Shown piece by piece: positions 16,241 to 25,581 of a stretch of 64,000 bases of DNA. The notes beneath the pieces were generated by a model. That model saw only the letters and a program-made list of their open reading frames with translations, made no database searches and was not told where the DNA came from. Numbering within the stretch: position 1 is the first letter of the stretch; the number at the start of each line of letters is the position of its first letter. Source of the DNA: Candidatus Calditenuis fumarioli. GTDB lineage: Archaea; Thermoproteota; Nitrososphaeria_A; Caldarchaeales; Calditenuaceae. Made by a program: the position numbers and the translations under genes. Location: NCBI GenBank assembly GCA_030059665.1, contig JANVYR010000003.1, positions 63,716 to 127,715 on the forward strand. Reading direction: 5' to 3'.

Positions 16241-16510
16241 GTAGGTCAAAGGGCCTTATGAGTTGTGAAACGGGTTTGGGTCTAGGTCCTGGGATGATGG
16301 GAACGATCGGAGAAGCAAACCAAGAACGTCTCGATTGGAAGCTGAAGGAGAAGGCCCCTTGAGCTGTACAGAAGACTCGAGAAGATTTCAGAGCTACCGA
16401 GGTCACAGGGAACGACAGTAGACTTCCACCAGAAGAGGCCAGCGATGGATTTCACCCATGGATTCCGACGGTAGCTCAGATCGAAAACGGAGAACTGAGA
16501 GCCCAGGTGG

Positions 16511-17893
16511 CTACGCACCGAGCAGCGCGTTGCCGATCAGCCATAGCAGCGCTACAGCTGAGGTGGGCAGAACCCCTATCAGTATCCCCGGCTTGATCCA
16601 CTCCTTGAAGGTAATGTGGACGAGCTTCTGGCGCTCTGCCATTCCAACGGCCACGATGTTCGCGGTGCTCCCTATCAGCGTCAGGTTACCCATGTAGGTC
16701 CCTGCCTTGAGCATCGTCCACCAGAGGTACCTCGTGTCGAGGCCTGCAGCGCCCATCTCCTGCACTACAGGTACCCAGAAGGCAACGGCCAGGACGTTGT
16801 CCATGAAGGCCGACATGAGGCCCGTCACGACGTAGAAAGAGGGGAGCGTAACCACCGGATTGGAGCCGAAGACGCCACCTAAGGCGTCGGCGATGAACTT
16901 CGTCACGCCGGTGTAATGCAGGGTTCCCACCGAGGCGAAGAAGAGCATGAAGAACGTGAGCGTCCACCAGTCAACCCTCTTCTCCACCAGCTCCCTCGCC
17001 CTCGGTCCCTCGATGAGCAGGACGACGCCCGCCCCTATCATGGCCACGCCGATCAGCATCGTGTTCTTCTTCAATCCCAACAGCGCCTCAATCTGCGCGT
17101 GAAGGACGAGTCCCGCTATGACGCCTAGGAAGACGAGCGCGGCTGTCCTGTCGATCCTCGAACGCTCCTCACCGTCTCGCGCGGCCTCCTCTACGACCTC
17201 CCTTTTCATCCCATCGTTCAGCTTGGCGAAGAAGTCCCTGAAGTACGCCGAGGACGTGAGGACCACCGCAACCGTGGCCAGCGCAGCGGCGGGCGCCGAG
17301 TACCTCAGGAAGTCCGAGAAGCCGTAGCCCGAGTTCAGCGCGATCAGGACGCCGATGGGGTTGCCGACGACGGTGGCGCTGCTTCCGATGTTTGTGGCGA
17401 AGACGGTCATCAGCAGCAACGGCGTCAGGGGGAGCTGGAACCTGGCCGCGAGCGAGATGCCCGTGGACATCATGAAGAGTATCGAGGTGACCTCATCCAC
17501 CAGCGCGGCGGATAATGCAGCCATGCCGAGGAAGACGAACATCAGCCTGAGCGCGCTGCCCCTTCCTATTCCCAGCACCCTGTCCACCACCACCTCGAAG
17601 AACCTCCGCTCCTCGAGGAACCCTATCACGATCATCATGCAGATCAGGAAGACGATCACGTCCAGCGAGGAGAACTCGATGAAGGTCGGAACGTCGATGA
17701 GCCTTGCGGCCATCAGCATCGAGACGCCGACGAGCGCGAAGGCGAGCCTGAAGCGCCAGAAGAGGAGTGTGCCGCCGATGATGCCGGTGAAGACGCCGAC
17801 CGCTACCGACTGCTGCGGGCTCAGCCCGGCCGCCAGCGATAACGCCAGGCTCCCGACCGGTATGATTGGGTAAGCGAGGGCTTTGCGGTCCAC
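16511..17893 (-). CDS. ArsB/NhaD-superfamily anion permease (YbiR / citrate-transporter-like)
   Basis: 460 aa and about 12 TM segments, with a central hydrophilic loop (KREVVEEAARDGEERSRIDR) between two homologous halves. Assigned by overall pattern only. Confidence 0.65.
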   Translation of the reverse strand: MDRKALAYPIIPVGSLALSLAAGLSPQQSVAVGVFTGIIGGTLLFWRFRLAFALVGVSMLMAARLIDVPTFIEFSSLDVIVFLICMMIVIGFLEERRFFEVVVDRVLGIGRGSALRLMFVFLGMAALSAALVDEVTSILFMMSTGISLAARFQLPLTPLLLMTVFATNIGSSATVVGNPIGVLIALNSGYGFSDFLRYSAPAAALATVAVVLTSSAYFRDFFAKLNDGMKREVVEEAARDGEERSRIDRTAALVFLGVIAGLVLHAQIEALLGLKKNTMLIGVAMIGAGVVLLIEGPRARELVEKRVDWWTLTFFMLFFASVGTLHYTGVTKFIADALGGVFGSNPVVTLPSFYVVTGLMSAFMDNVLAVAFWVPVVQEMGAAGLDTRYLWWTMLKAGTYMGNLTLIGSTANIVAVGMAERQKLVHITFKEWIKPGILIGVLPTSAVALLWLIGNALLGA

Positions 17894-17959
17894 ACTCTAT
17901 CACCCGCTTTGCTCCTGCAACAGGTCCGGGAGTAAAAAACGTTGTATCGCTGTGCGAGG

Positions 17960-20536
17960 TCACGTGAAGAACTGCTCGAGGCTCCCGACACCGATCACTG
18001 CGTCGAAGTCGAGGTCGAGGCTGTCGAGGACCTGCTCGAATGTCGAGCGCATGTACTCGATGTACTTGTCGACGTCGATCCTGTCCTTGCTCACCCTGAC
18101 CTTGGGATGGAGCGGCGCTACGCCGATCTTGTCGTTGGTCCTGACGTACCTGATGATGTCGCCCGAGGTCACGTGGACCCCGTGCTGCTTCAGGATGTTG
18201 GCGGCCTTTACGTGCGGAGGGGTCGTCTCGGTGTAGCTCTCGGGCTGCTTGGAGAGCATCACGGCGAACGCCAGCTCCTCCAGCTCGAACTCCCTGTTCT
18301 TCAGCCTCCTGTACCAGCCCCTGATCAGCTCGGAGATGTGCTTTTTCGCCCGCTCGAGGTCCTCTGGGCTCCTGACCTTCTTCAGCTCCTCCAGCATCGA
18401 GTTGAACGCCTCCCTGATGAACTCGGGGATGTGGCGCTTCTTTCCCGTGAGGCCCTTGACGTCCACCACACCCTTTGTGGTCAGGCCGAGGTAGTTCTTC
18501 TTCCGGGAGGAGAAGACGACGTAGACGTACTCCTTGTCCGGCTCCAGGTCGAGACCAAGGTCGGTGGCGGCCCATCTGATCAGCTCGGAGAGGACTTTCT
18601 CGTCTGCGCCCTTGAGGAAGAGCGAGTCGGTGTCGCCGTATACGACGGTCGCTCCCAGCTCCCGGACCTTCTCGATCGCCGCCTTGAAGACGTAGCGCCC
18701 TATGGCAGCCGTGCTCTCGGCGAGGGGAGGGCAGTAAAGCGGGAACTCCTCGAAGCCGAAGACCCCGTAGGACGCGTTCAGGAAGACCTTGATGGCCTTC
18801 TGGACCACGTCGTACCAGGCCCTGAGGTCCTCCGGGAGGGACCGGTCTGAGCTCCTCGGTTTGTACAGACCGACCCTGACGGCCCTCAGCGCTCCTATCA
18901 CGGCGCTCTGGAGGCCCCTGTTCCTCTTGCAGACCCAGTGGGTCGTCTCGGGGACCACGTTGCTCTTGCACTCCTCATGCGGGCACCTTATGGTCTCGTA
19001 GCTGAGGTTCCACCTGTCCAGGGCCGACGGGTACAGCGAGGCGAAGTCCACGACCTTAACGTCGAAGTGGATGCCCGGTATGGGGTCGACCACGATGGCT
19101 CCGCGGTACTTCTTCCCCTCTATCACGGCCTTCGTGACGGTCCCGCCCTTCACCTCGACGATCTCCTGCTGCGTCGGGATCAGCCACCCCCTCTTCCTGT
19201 GCTCGAAGTAGAGCAGGTTCTTGATCCAGCCGGAGACCCCGTGACGGCACAGGTCCTCGAGCGGAAGCCTGCTGATCCGTGAGAGCACGATCATTAACCT
19301 CAGCACAAGCCTGTTGTTGAAGGTCAGTAGCTCGTAGGTGAGCTCTGCGTCGTTCATGCAGTACTCCGCAAGCCTCTCCAGCGAGAGCGAACCTATCGGC
19401 TCCTCGATCTGGACCTTGCCCCTGTTCAGCACGGCCTGCGCGATGCCGTCAAGCGTGAACTCCCTGTACCTGTTGTCGAAGGCGTAAATCTGGATGGACT
19501 TGTTCGAGAAGAACGAGTAGAGGTCGACGTGGGCTGCCCTGACGAAGGTTGCCCCCTCCCTCCCCAAAACTATCGGGTTCTGGTCGTCAGGTATGCCGAG
19601 CCTCTTCGCGCGGTTGTGCAGGTACGGCAGGTCGAAGTCGTCACCGTTGAAGGTGGCCACGACCGCATACTCTCCGTCGAGGACCGCGAAGACCTCCTCG
19701 AGCATCTCCTTCTCGGAGCTGTGGACGATCATCCTGTAGCCGTCCTTCTCCCGCTCGGTCCGCTCGGTCTGGCCGTTGTTGGCGAGGAGGTGGATGTCCC
19801 TCCGTCCGTCGGAGCCCCTGACGGCTATCGCCACCACCTTGTCCTCCGCCTTGCTCGGGCTCGGGACCCTCGTGGCAACCGGTGCGGCCACCTCGATGTC
19901 GATCGCGCAGACCGGCAGGTCGGGCTGCTCCGCCTCCAGCAGCTTGATCCACTCGGCCACCAGCTCGACGTCCTCTCGCCTGACGCCCTTCAGGCCCGAA
20001 GCTATCCTGATCGCCTCCTCATCGCTCAGGACCCTGAGAACCAATCTGCCGTCATCGCCCTTGACGTATGGAGACCCGGTTATCAGACCCGAGTCGATCA
20101 GGTAGTTCAGGTGGTACGGTATGTCTGCCTCCCAGCACCGGAACCTCTCCCGGACCGAGTTGGCCCTTCCACCGATCGTCAGGGGGTCCTTCGCGATCAC
20201 CTTGGTCACCTCAACCTCCCTCTGCCTCAGCGCGTCGAACTTCCTCACCCGCTCGACGCCCGCTATTCGGTCGGCGATGTCCCTCAGCTGGTACCTCACC
20301 GTCTCCTCGTCGAGGTCCGTGAAGCAGTAGGGAAGGTGGCCCGTCTCGTCGTAGAGGAGCTCGACCTTCCTGGTCCTGGTGTTGAAGAGCTTCAGGTAGG
20401 CCTTCCCGCTTTTGCCGTCGTAACCGGCCGAGAGCAGGTAGTAGACCTCGGATTCGGCGCTGCCCTCCGAACGCCCCGAGGAGGCCTGCCGCTGGTTCCC
20501 CTCAACCCCGAGCGCCTGGAAGAGCGTCAGCTGCAT
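17960..20536 (-). CDS. polB: Family B DNA polymerase
   Basis: Exonuclease motif CAIDIEV, polymerase motif A VVDFASLYPS, motif C VVYGDTDSLF. 858 aa, with no intein-sized insertion. Confidence 0.93.
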   Translation of the reverse strand: MQLTLFQALGVEGNQRQASSGRSEGSAESEVYYLLSAGYDGKSGKAYLKLFNTRTRKVELLYDETGHLPYCFTDLDEETVRYQLRDIADRIAGVERVRKFDALRQREVEVTKVIAKDPLTIGGRANSVRERFRCWEADIPYHLNYLIDSGLITGSPYVKGDDGRLVLRVLSDEEAIRIASGLKGVRREDVELVAEWIKLLEAEQPDLPVCAIDIEVAAPVATRVPSPSKAEDKVVAIAVRGSDGRRDIHLLANNGQTERTEREKDGYRMIVHSSEKEMLEEVFAVLDGEYAVVATFNGDDFDLPYLHNRAKRLGIPDDQNPIVLGREGATFVRAAHVDLYSFFSNKSIQIYAFDNRYREFTLDGIAQAVLNRGKVQIEEPIGSLSLERLAEYCMNDAELTYELLTFNNRLVLRLMIVLSRISRLPLEDLCRHGVSGWIKNLLYFEHRKRGWLIPTQQEIVEVKGGTVTKAVIEGKKYRGAIVVDPIPGIHFDVKVVDFASLYPSALDRWNLSYETIRCPHEECKSNVVPETTHWVCKRNRGLQSAVIGALRAVRVGLYKPRSSDRSLPEDLRAWYDVVQKAIKVFLNASYGVFGFEEFPLYCPPLAESTAAIGRYVFKAAIEKVRELGATVVYGDTDSLFLKGADEKVLSELIRWAATDLGLDLEPDKEYVYVVFSSRKKNYLGLTTKGVVDVKGLTGKKRHIPEFIREAFNSMLEELKKVRSPEDLERAKKHISELIRGWYRRLKNREFELEELAFAVMLSKQPESYTETTPPHVKAANILKQHGVHVTSGDIIRYVRTNDKIGVAPLHPKVRVSKDRIDVDKYIEYMRSTFEQVLDSLDLDFDAVIGVGSLEQFFT

Positions 20537-20621
20537 CCGACGATACGGTGCCCTCAGCCTGTAAAAGGTTATCGGGGCGATGCGGGCGTGGACGTACCGT
20601 AGCGGTACGCCCCTGCATGGA

Positions 20622-20631
20622 TTTTATAAAA
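20622..20631 (+). promoter_or_regulatory. TATA box for the downstream glycosyltransferase-like gene
   Basis: TTTTATAAAA lies 21-30 nt upstream of ATG 20652, which is preceded by gggagggaagg. Confidence 0.45.
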
Positions 20632-20651
20632 CGCGGTGGTGGGAGGGAAGG

Positions 20652-22910
20652 ATGTCAGACCGGGGGGCCCTCGCGCTCATCCTAATCTCAGGCCTTGCGG
20701 TGAGGTTGGCGGTCGCGCCCTTCACGGGCCACTCGTGGGACGTCTACGTCTGGATCAAGTCGGCCGAGCTCTTCAACGCCGGTTTCTGGAACGTCTACCG
20801 GGTCTCGGAGGTCCCATCGTTCCCCTGGGGGTTCTACAGCTACCCGCCAGTTTGGCTTCTCATCACCTCGGCCGCCTACGCCCTTGCCGGAGGAACGTCA
20901 GGTGGGCTCGAGAGGCTCGTCCTCGCGATCAAGCTGCCGATCGTCATCGCCGACGTCCTCGTGGCCCTCTGGGTCTACCGGATCGCTGGGCTCGTTGGCG
21001 TCAGAGGAAGGAGAAGGACGCTCGCATGCGCAGCCTACGCCCTCAACCCGCTTCCCGTCTTCATCTCGGGCGTCTGGGGGATGTTCGACCCGATTGCGAC
21101 GCTTTTCGGGCTGGTGGGGATCGAGCTCCTGATCAGGCGTCACCCCCTCGCTGCAGGGGTCTCGGTGGGCGCAGGCGCAGCCACCAAGCTCTTCCCTGGA
21201 CTGATCGTCCCGCTCGGTTTGCTCTGGATCAGAAAGACCTCCGGAGGTTCGTGGAGACGGGACGCCCTGAGGTTACTCGCTGGCTCGGTCACGGTTCCAC
21301 TTGCCGTCTCGCTGCCGTACCTGCTGGTCGACCCGCAGGCGTACCTGGAGAAGCTGTTCCTTCACACCAGGAACGTCGGGCAGTTCACCTACTGGACGCT
21401 GCTGACCCCGCTAACGGGGACCACCGCGGCATCGATCGCGTCCCTCTCCCTCTTCGCCGCGGCATACGCGCTCCTGCTCAGGAGGTTCTCGAGAGAGGAG
21501 GGGAGCGATCACGAGACGCTGGTGTACTACTCCGCGGCCGTGACCGGTGCGTTCCTCGCTACCTCGCTGAAGGTGAACGTCCAGTACCTGCTCTGGTTCC
21601 TGCCGCTGGTGATCCCAGTAATAGCGCTGCAGAGGAGGAGCTCCTGGAGGGAGCTAGCTACCGCGGTCGTAGCGCTCGAGGGAGCTGCGATGCTCTTCCT
21701 CGTTTACACCAACGCGGTCACGCCTTTCTCGCTTGACCACCTAGGAGCAGTGGCACCACCGGCGGTGAGGGAGGAGTCGGCAACGGGGCTCTTGCTGGTC
21801 GCCTCGTCGCTGATCGCGGGCTGGCAGCTGCTCCGCATCGGGATCGCCCTCATCAAACCGGGCCTCGACAGAGAGCTGATAGGGCGTTTCGGGGTCTCCT
21901 CGATACTTCTGCTGCTGGCGACGTCGCTGGTCGTGATGCCCACGCCGAACGGCGTCGTCCTGAGGTGCGGAAACGAGAGGATCGCGGTCCTGGAGGGCCC
22001 TGACTCGTTGCTCAACCCCGACGGAACCCTCGAAGCCCCACTGCTCAGGCGTCTCGGGTCGCCCACGTCGGTCGTCATACCCCTCAGCCTGGATTACTTC
22101 CTCCTGAGGAGGGAAAGGGAGCGGGTCGAGGTCAACGAGTTCCTGCTCTTCAGGCTCGGCAGCAGGCCATGGTCCTCCGATGACCTGAGGGAGACGGCGG
22201 AATCGCTCAGGAGGATGGGCATCAGGCCTCTGGTGGGGGTCTTCGCCTACAAGGGTGAGGTCCTGATATCGTACGGGGTTCAGGGCTTCAGCACCGAGCT
22301 CCTCGAGTCCGAGTTCCCGGAGGCGCTGTATGGCGATGTCGTGGACTTCAGCAGAGAGGTTGGGTCGGGCGTGAGGCTGGCGGACCTCGTGGCGGAAGGC
22401 GTAGCGCGGGCGGTCAGGGAGGACGGCTTCGAAGGCGTTTACGTGATGACCGAGCTCTACCGGAGCGACAGGAGGGTCCGGAGCAACCCGAGCGTGGTGG
22501 AGCTCCTCGCCGCGATCAGGGAGAGGCTGGGAAACGGCAAGACGCTGATCCTGGACGGCGTCGACGCCTTCGAGCTCGACGAGCGGCTGCTGGCAGGGGC
22601 CGTCAGGTACGCGGACCTCGTGGTCCTGAGGACTTCGCCCTGGTTCAGGAGCTTCAGGAGCTACCGGGTGGACAATCCTGACATCCAGCAGATCTACGAG
22701 AGGGTGAGCTCGATCGTCAACATCGTCGGGAAGGAGAAGCTCGCCTACGCGCTCTACATCGGCAGCTTCTCTGAGGGCTGGGTCGTCCCGGCAGTTCAGG
22801 TCCAGACGGAGACGGACGCTATGGGCAGGGCCCTCGACTCGTGCTCGCTGGTCTACGTGGGAAGGTTCGTCCCGTACCGCCTCTCGGCACCCGCGGCTCC
22901 ACCGACTTAG
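20652..22910 (+). CDS. GT-C-fold membrane glycosyltransferase-like protein (PMT_2/DUF2029-like N-terminal half) with a large C-terminal soluble domain
   Basis: The N-terminal ~380 aa has about 10 TM helices with an early loop motif (HSWDVYVW) typical of dolichyl-phosphate-sugar dependent transferases. I do not recognise the C-terminal ~350 aa. The TATA position supports a start at 20652, not 20580. Confidence 0.5.
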   Translation: MSDRGALALILISGLAVRLAVAPFTGHSWDVYVWIKSAELFNAGFWNVYRVSEVPSFPWGFYSYPPVWLLITSAAYALAGGTSGGLERLVLAIKLPIVIADVLVALWVYRIAGLVGVRGRRRTLACAAYALNPLPVFISGVWGMFDPIATLFGLVGIELLIRRHPLAAGVSVGAGAATKLFPGLIVPLGLLWIRKTSGGSWRRDALRLLAGSVTVPLAVSLPYLLVDPQAYLEKLFLHTRNVGQFTYWTLLTPLTGTTAASIASLSLFAAAYALLLRRFSREEGSDHETLVYYSAAVTGAFLATSLKVNVQYLLWFLPLVIPVIALQRRSSWRELATAVVALEGAAMLFLVYTNAVTPFSLDHLGAVAPPAVREESATGLLLVASSLIAGWQLLRIGIALIKPGLDRELIGRFGVSSILLLLATSLVVMPTPNGVVLRCGNERIAVLEGPDSLLNPDGTLEAPLLRRLGSPTSVVIPLSLDYFLLRRERERVEVNEFLLFRLGSRPWSSDDLRETAESLRRMGIRPLVGVFAYKGEVLISYGVQGFSTELLESEFPEALYGDVVDFSREVGSGVRLADLVAEGVARAVREDGFEGVYVMTELYRSDRRVRSNPSVVELLAAIRERLGNGKTLILDGVDAFELDERLLAGAVRYADLVVLRTSPWFRSFRSYRVDNPDIQQIYERVSSIVNIVGKEKLAYALYIGSFSEGWVVPAVQVQTETDAMGRALDSCSLVYVGRFVPYRLSAPAAPPT

Positions 22911-22961
22911 CGCGCGGTTGGTTTTAATAACGACCGACGGGCAGTGAGCGGGGAACCGGCG

Positions 22962-23576
22962 ATGCTGGAGACCTGGCAGCCGAGAACGAAGGTGGGCCAG
23001 CTGGTGAAGTCGGGCAAAATCAACTCGATCGAGGAGCTCTTCTCCAACCAGTACAGGATCACCGAGCCGGAGATCGTCGACTACCTCATCCCCAACATCG
23101 AGCAGGAGGTGATAGACATCCAGATAGTCCAGCGCCAGACCGATGCGGGCGAGCGCTCCAGCTACCGTGCCATCGTTGCGGTTGGGAACAGGGACGGATG
23201 CGTGGGGCTCGGAGTGGGGAAGTCGACCCAGGTCGTGATGGCGATCGAGAAGGCCGCGATGAAGGCGAAGATGAACCTGACCTACGTGGTGAGGGGCTGC
23301 GGGAGCTGGGAGTGCGCGTGCGGTGAGCCCCACAGCCTCCTCTACCGCACCGTCGGGAAGTACGGGAGCGTCCGCATCGAGATCCTTCCGGGGCCCAGAG
23401 GGCTCGGGCTGGTGGCCGGAGACGTGGCCAAGACGATACTGCGCCTCGCGGGCATAAGCGACTGCTGGACCAGGACCTTCGGCGAGACCAGGACTCCTCT
23501 CAGCATGTCAGGGGCGACCTACATGGCCCTGAAGAACACGCTCAAGTTCGTAATCCCGGCCCAGTGGAGGACGTGA
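22962..23576 (+). CDS. rps5: Ribosomal protein uS5
   Basis: WQPRTKVGQLV...QRQTDAGERSSYRAIVAVGNRDGCVGLGVGK...GLGLVAGDVAKTILRLAGI. The ORF opens at GTG 22944. ATG 22962 fits better with the TATA-like gttttaataa at 22921-22930. Confidence 0.9.
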   Translation: MLETWQPRTKVGQLVKSGKINSIEELFSNQYRITEPEIVDYLIPNIEQEVIDIQIVQRQTDAGERSSYRAIVAVGNRDGCVGLGVGKSTQVVMAIEKAAMKAKMNLTYVVRGCGSWECACGEPHSLLYRTVGKYGSVRIEILPGPRGLGLVAGDVAKTILRLAGISDCWTRTFGETRTPLSMSGATYMALKNTLKFVIPAQWRT

Positions 23577-23586
23577 GGTGGGTGGG

Positions 23587-24066
23587 ATGTCCGAGGAGCC
23601 CAGGTGCCTGCTCGTGGTGAGGCTCAGGGGTCCGTCGGGGACGAGCGAGGAGATCGAGTACTCCCTCAGGCTCATCCGGCTGAAGCGCAGCAACTGGGCC
23701 ACGCTGGTGAGGAACGAACCATCGCAGTTGGGCCTGCTGCGGAAGGTGGCTCCCTACGTCACCTGGGGTGAGCCCGACCCGAAGGTCCTCGCGGCCGTCT
23801 TGGAGAAGAGGGCGGAGACCTGGAACGGCGTCCCGAAGGAGAAGGCGTATGAGGAGCTGGGGTGCAGGGACGCGCTGGAGCTCGCCACGAAGGTCTGCAG
23901 CGGCGAGATCGACCTCAAGGCACTGTGGTTCCGCTTCAAGCCCTACTTCAGGCTCCACCCGCCGAAGGGAGGGCTGAAGAGGAGCATCAAGAGGTTCTAC
24001 GGCGACAAGGGAGAGGCCGGGTACAGGGGACCGGCCATCAACGACCTCGTGATCAGGATGGTCTGA
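23587..24066 (+). CDS. rpl30: Ribosomal protein uL30
   Basis: LLVVRLRGPSGTSEEIEYSLRLIRLKRSNWATLV...YVTWGEP. ATG 23587 follows GGTGGGTGGG. An alternative GTG is at 23578. Confidence 0.88.
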   Translation: MSEEPRCLLVVRLRGPSGTSEEIEYSLRLIRLKRSNWATLVRNEPSQLGLLRKVAPYVTWGEPDPKVLAAVLEKRAETWNGVPKEKAYEELGCRDALELATKVCSGEIDLKALWFRFKPYFRLHPPKGGLKRSIKRFYGDKGEAGYRGPAINDLVIRMV

Positions 24067-24120
24067 GACCCACAACCCAACGGAGCAAGCTTATCACCGC
24101 CGCAAGCGTAGGACTTCCTG

Positions 24121-25083
24121 ATGGCGGAGGACAGGCTCCTGGTCGCGTTCGGTGACGAGCTGTTCAGCTACGACTTCGGGCCCTACCATCCCTTGAACAG
24201 GTCGAGGACCGAGCTCTTCGTGAGGAGGTTGATGGAGCTGAAGGAGAGGGCGCCCGAGAAGATCGAGCTGGTGGAGCCCGCGATGGCCACCGAGGACGAG
24301 TTAACGCTCTTCCACACCAGGGAGTACGTCGAGTTCGTCAAGCTGGCCTGCTCTCCCGGATCCAAGGTCAGGTACCTCGACTACGGCGACACGCCCGCGT
24401 ACCCCAACTGCTTCACGAGGGCGTCGGTTGTGGTGGGGACGACGCTGAAGCTCCTCAGGGAGATCGCGTCTGGTAGGGCGAGGAGGGCCTTCAACCCGGT
24501 CGGTGGCCTCCACCACGCCAGGAGGGGGGCTGCTGGAGGGTTCTGCATCTTCAACGACGCCGCGATCGCGATCGAGTACGCATTGAAGGTCCTCGGCTAC
24601 AGGGCTGTGGCTTACGTCGACATCGACGCCCACCACGGCGACGGCGTCTACTACGACTTCGAGGAGAACCCGAGGGTCGTCTTCTTCGACATACACCAGG
24701 ACGGCCGGACCCTCTATCCCGGAACCGGACACGAGTACGAGAGGGGGAAGGGGGAGGCGTTAGGACGGAAGATGAACGCACCGCTCCCTCCCTACAGCGG
24801 CGACGAGGAGTTCCTCAGAGCGCTGGAGAAGGGGATGAGGTTCCTCGAGCAGTTCGAGTTCGACATAGTGCTCTTCCAGGCTGGAGCCGACGGCCTCGCC
24901 GGAGACCCGCTCACGAATCTGATGTACACCCGCAGGGCCCACGAGAGCGCCGCGAAGGCGCTCCTTGAGCTGGCCGAGAGGAAGTGCAACGGAAGGATCC
25001 TGGCCTTCGGCGGAGGCGGGTACAACCCGGTCAACGTGGGCGAGGCGTGGAGCGCGGTGGTGGAGGTCCTCGCGGGGATCTGA
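24121..25083 (+). CDS. Histone deacetylase / acetoin utilisation (AcuC) family deacetylase
   Basis: GGLHHARRGAAGGFCIFND, DIDAHHGDGV, FQAGADGLAGDPL. Confidence 0.88.
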   Translation: MAEDRLLVAFGDELFSYDFGPYHPLNRSRTELFVRRLMELKERAPEKIELVEPAMATEDELTLFHTREYVEFVKLACSPGSKVRYLDYGDTPAYPNCFTRASVVVGTTLKLLREIASGRARRAFNPVGGLHHARRGAAGGFCIFNDAAIAIEYALKVLGYRAVAYVDIDAHHGDGVYYDFEENPRVVFFDIHQDGRTLYPGTGHEYERGKGEALGRKMNAPLPPYSGDEEFLRALEKGMRFLEQFEFDIVLFQAGADGLAGDPLTNLMYTRRAHESAAKALLELAERKCNGRILAFGGGGYNPVNVGEAWSAVVEVLAGI

Positions 25084-25110
25084 GAACGGAGACGGATCGA
25101 GGCTTGCAAC

Positions 25111-25575
25111 GTGGAGTCGAAAGCCTTATCGGTCCCCCATCACCGTAAGGTGCGGATGGCATCTGGGGTGAACCCGCGCGTCATCAGGGTCACGATATTC
25201 GACGTCTACCCTACGCAGCTCGGCCATTGCCCGCACTACAACCTGGTCTCCTCGCAGATGATGACGGCCGGGTCGGAGTTCTGCGAGCTCTCCTCACAGG
25301 CGGTCGAATACCCCGAGGAGGTGATAGGGAGCCACGGCAGGGCCGTCCGGATCCTCGAGGCGATAAGGAGGGAGGTCGGCGGTGAGCCGGTAAGGGTCGA
25401 GGTCGAGATGGTCGAGCTCCTCTCGCCGCGCGGCTTCATCTCCTCGCTCAGGTACGGGATAAGGTCGAACTTCGCGGTCGTGATCAACGGCAGGAAGGTG
25501 TACGATGGGAGGCCCGAGGAGGGCGTGGTAGAGGAGCGCGTCGCCGCTCACGTGAGGGAGCTCCTGCGGACCTGA
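25111..25575 (+). CDS. Hypothetical protein
   Basis: The ORF has GC3-rich coding-like codon usage. GTG is at 25111 and an alternative ATG at 25156. I recognise no family. Confidence 0.4.
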   Translation: MESKALSVPHHRKVRMASGVNPRVIRVTIFDVYPTQLGHCPHYNLVSSQMMTAGSEFCELSSQAVEYPEEVIGSHGRAVRILEAIRREVGGEPVRVEVEMVELLSPRGFISSLRYGIRSNFAVVINGRKVYDGRPEEGVVEERVAAHVRELLRT

Positions 25576-25581
25576 GTCAAG

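Noticed and set aside
16287-16349. Second C/D-box-like element on the plus strand (AUGAUGG ... 41 nt ... CUGA with flanking UCCU/AGGA)
   Set aside because: The C box ends in G. No recognisable D'/C' boxes lie at the required 12-nt spacing. Five unpaired bases separate the terminal stem from the GA step instead of three. It is too weak to call.
16080-16510. Possible SRP (7S) RNA or RNase P RNA next to tRNA-Leu
   Set aside because: On either strand I could not find the conserved helix-8 GGAA/AGCA-type motifs of SRP RNA, or the GAGGAAAGUCC / ACAGAA-type CR-I/CR-V motifs of RNase P RNA. Only a vague resemblance exists (GGGAACGACAGUAG).
15722-16510. Integrated mobile element or prophage remnant at tRNA-Leu
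   Set aside because: There is no integrase or transposase ORF, no duplicated tRNA 3' half (att-like direct repeat) and no other element genes. The flanking DNA is short and non-coding.
17493-18971. 492-aa ORF overlapping the permease and polB in another frame of the minus strand
   Set aside because: It is extremely Arg/Gly/Pro-rich and crosses the permease/polB boundary. Both overlapped genes have strong family signatures in their own frames.
21741-23333. 530-aa minus-strand ORF antisense to the glycosyltransferase-like gene and rps5
   Set aside because: It has low-complexity Arg/Pro/Asp-rich composition and runs through an intergenic promoter and the conserved uS5 gene, so it is an antisense artefact. 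The same reasoning applies to 46297-47406, 55281-56345, 33604-34266, 37530-38498 and similar long ORFs in the track.
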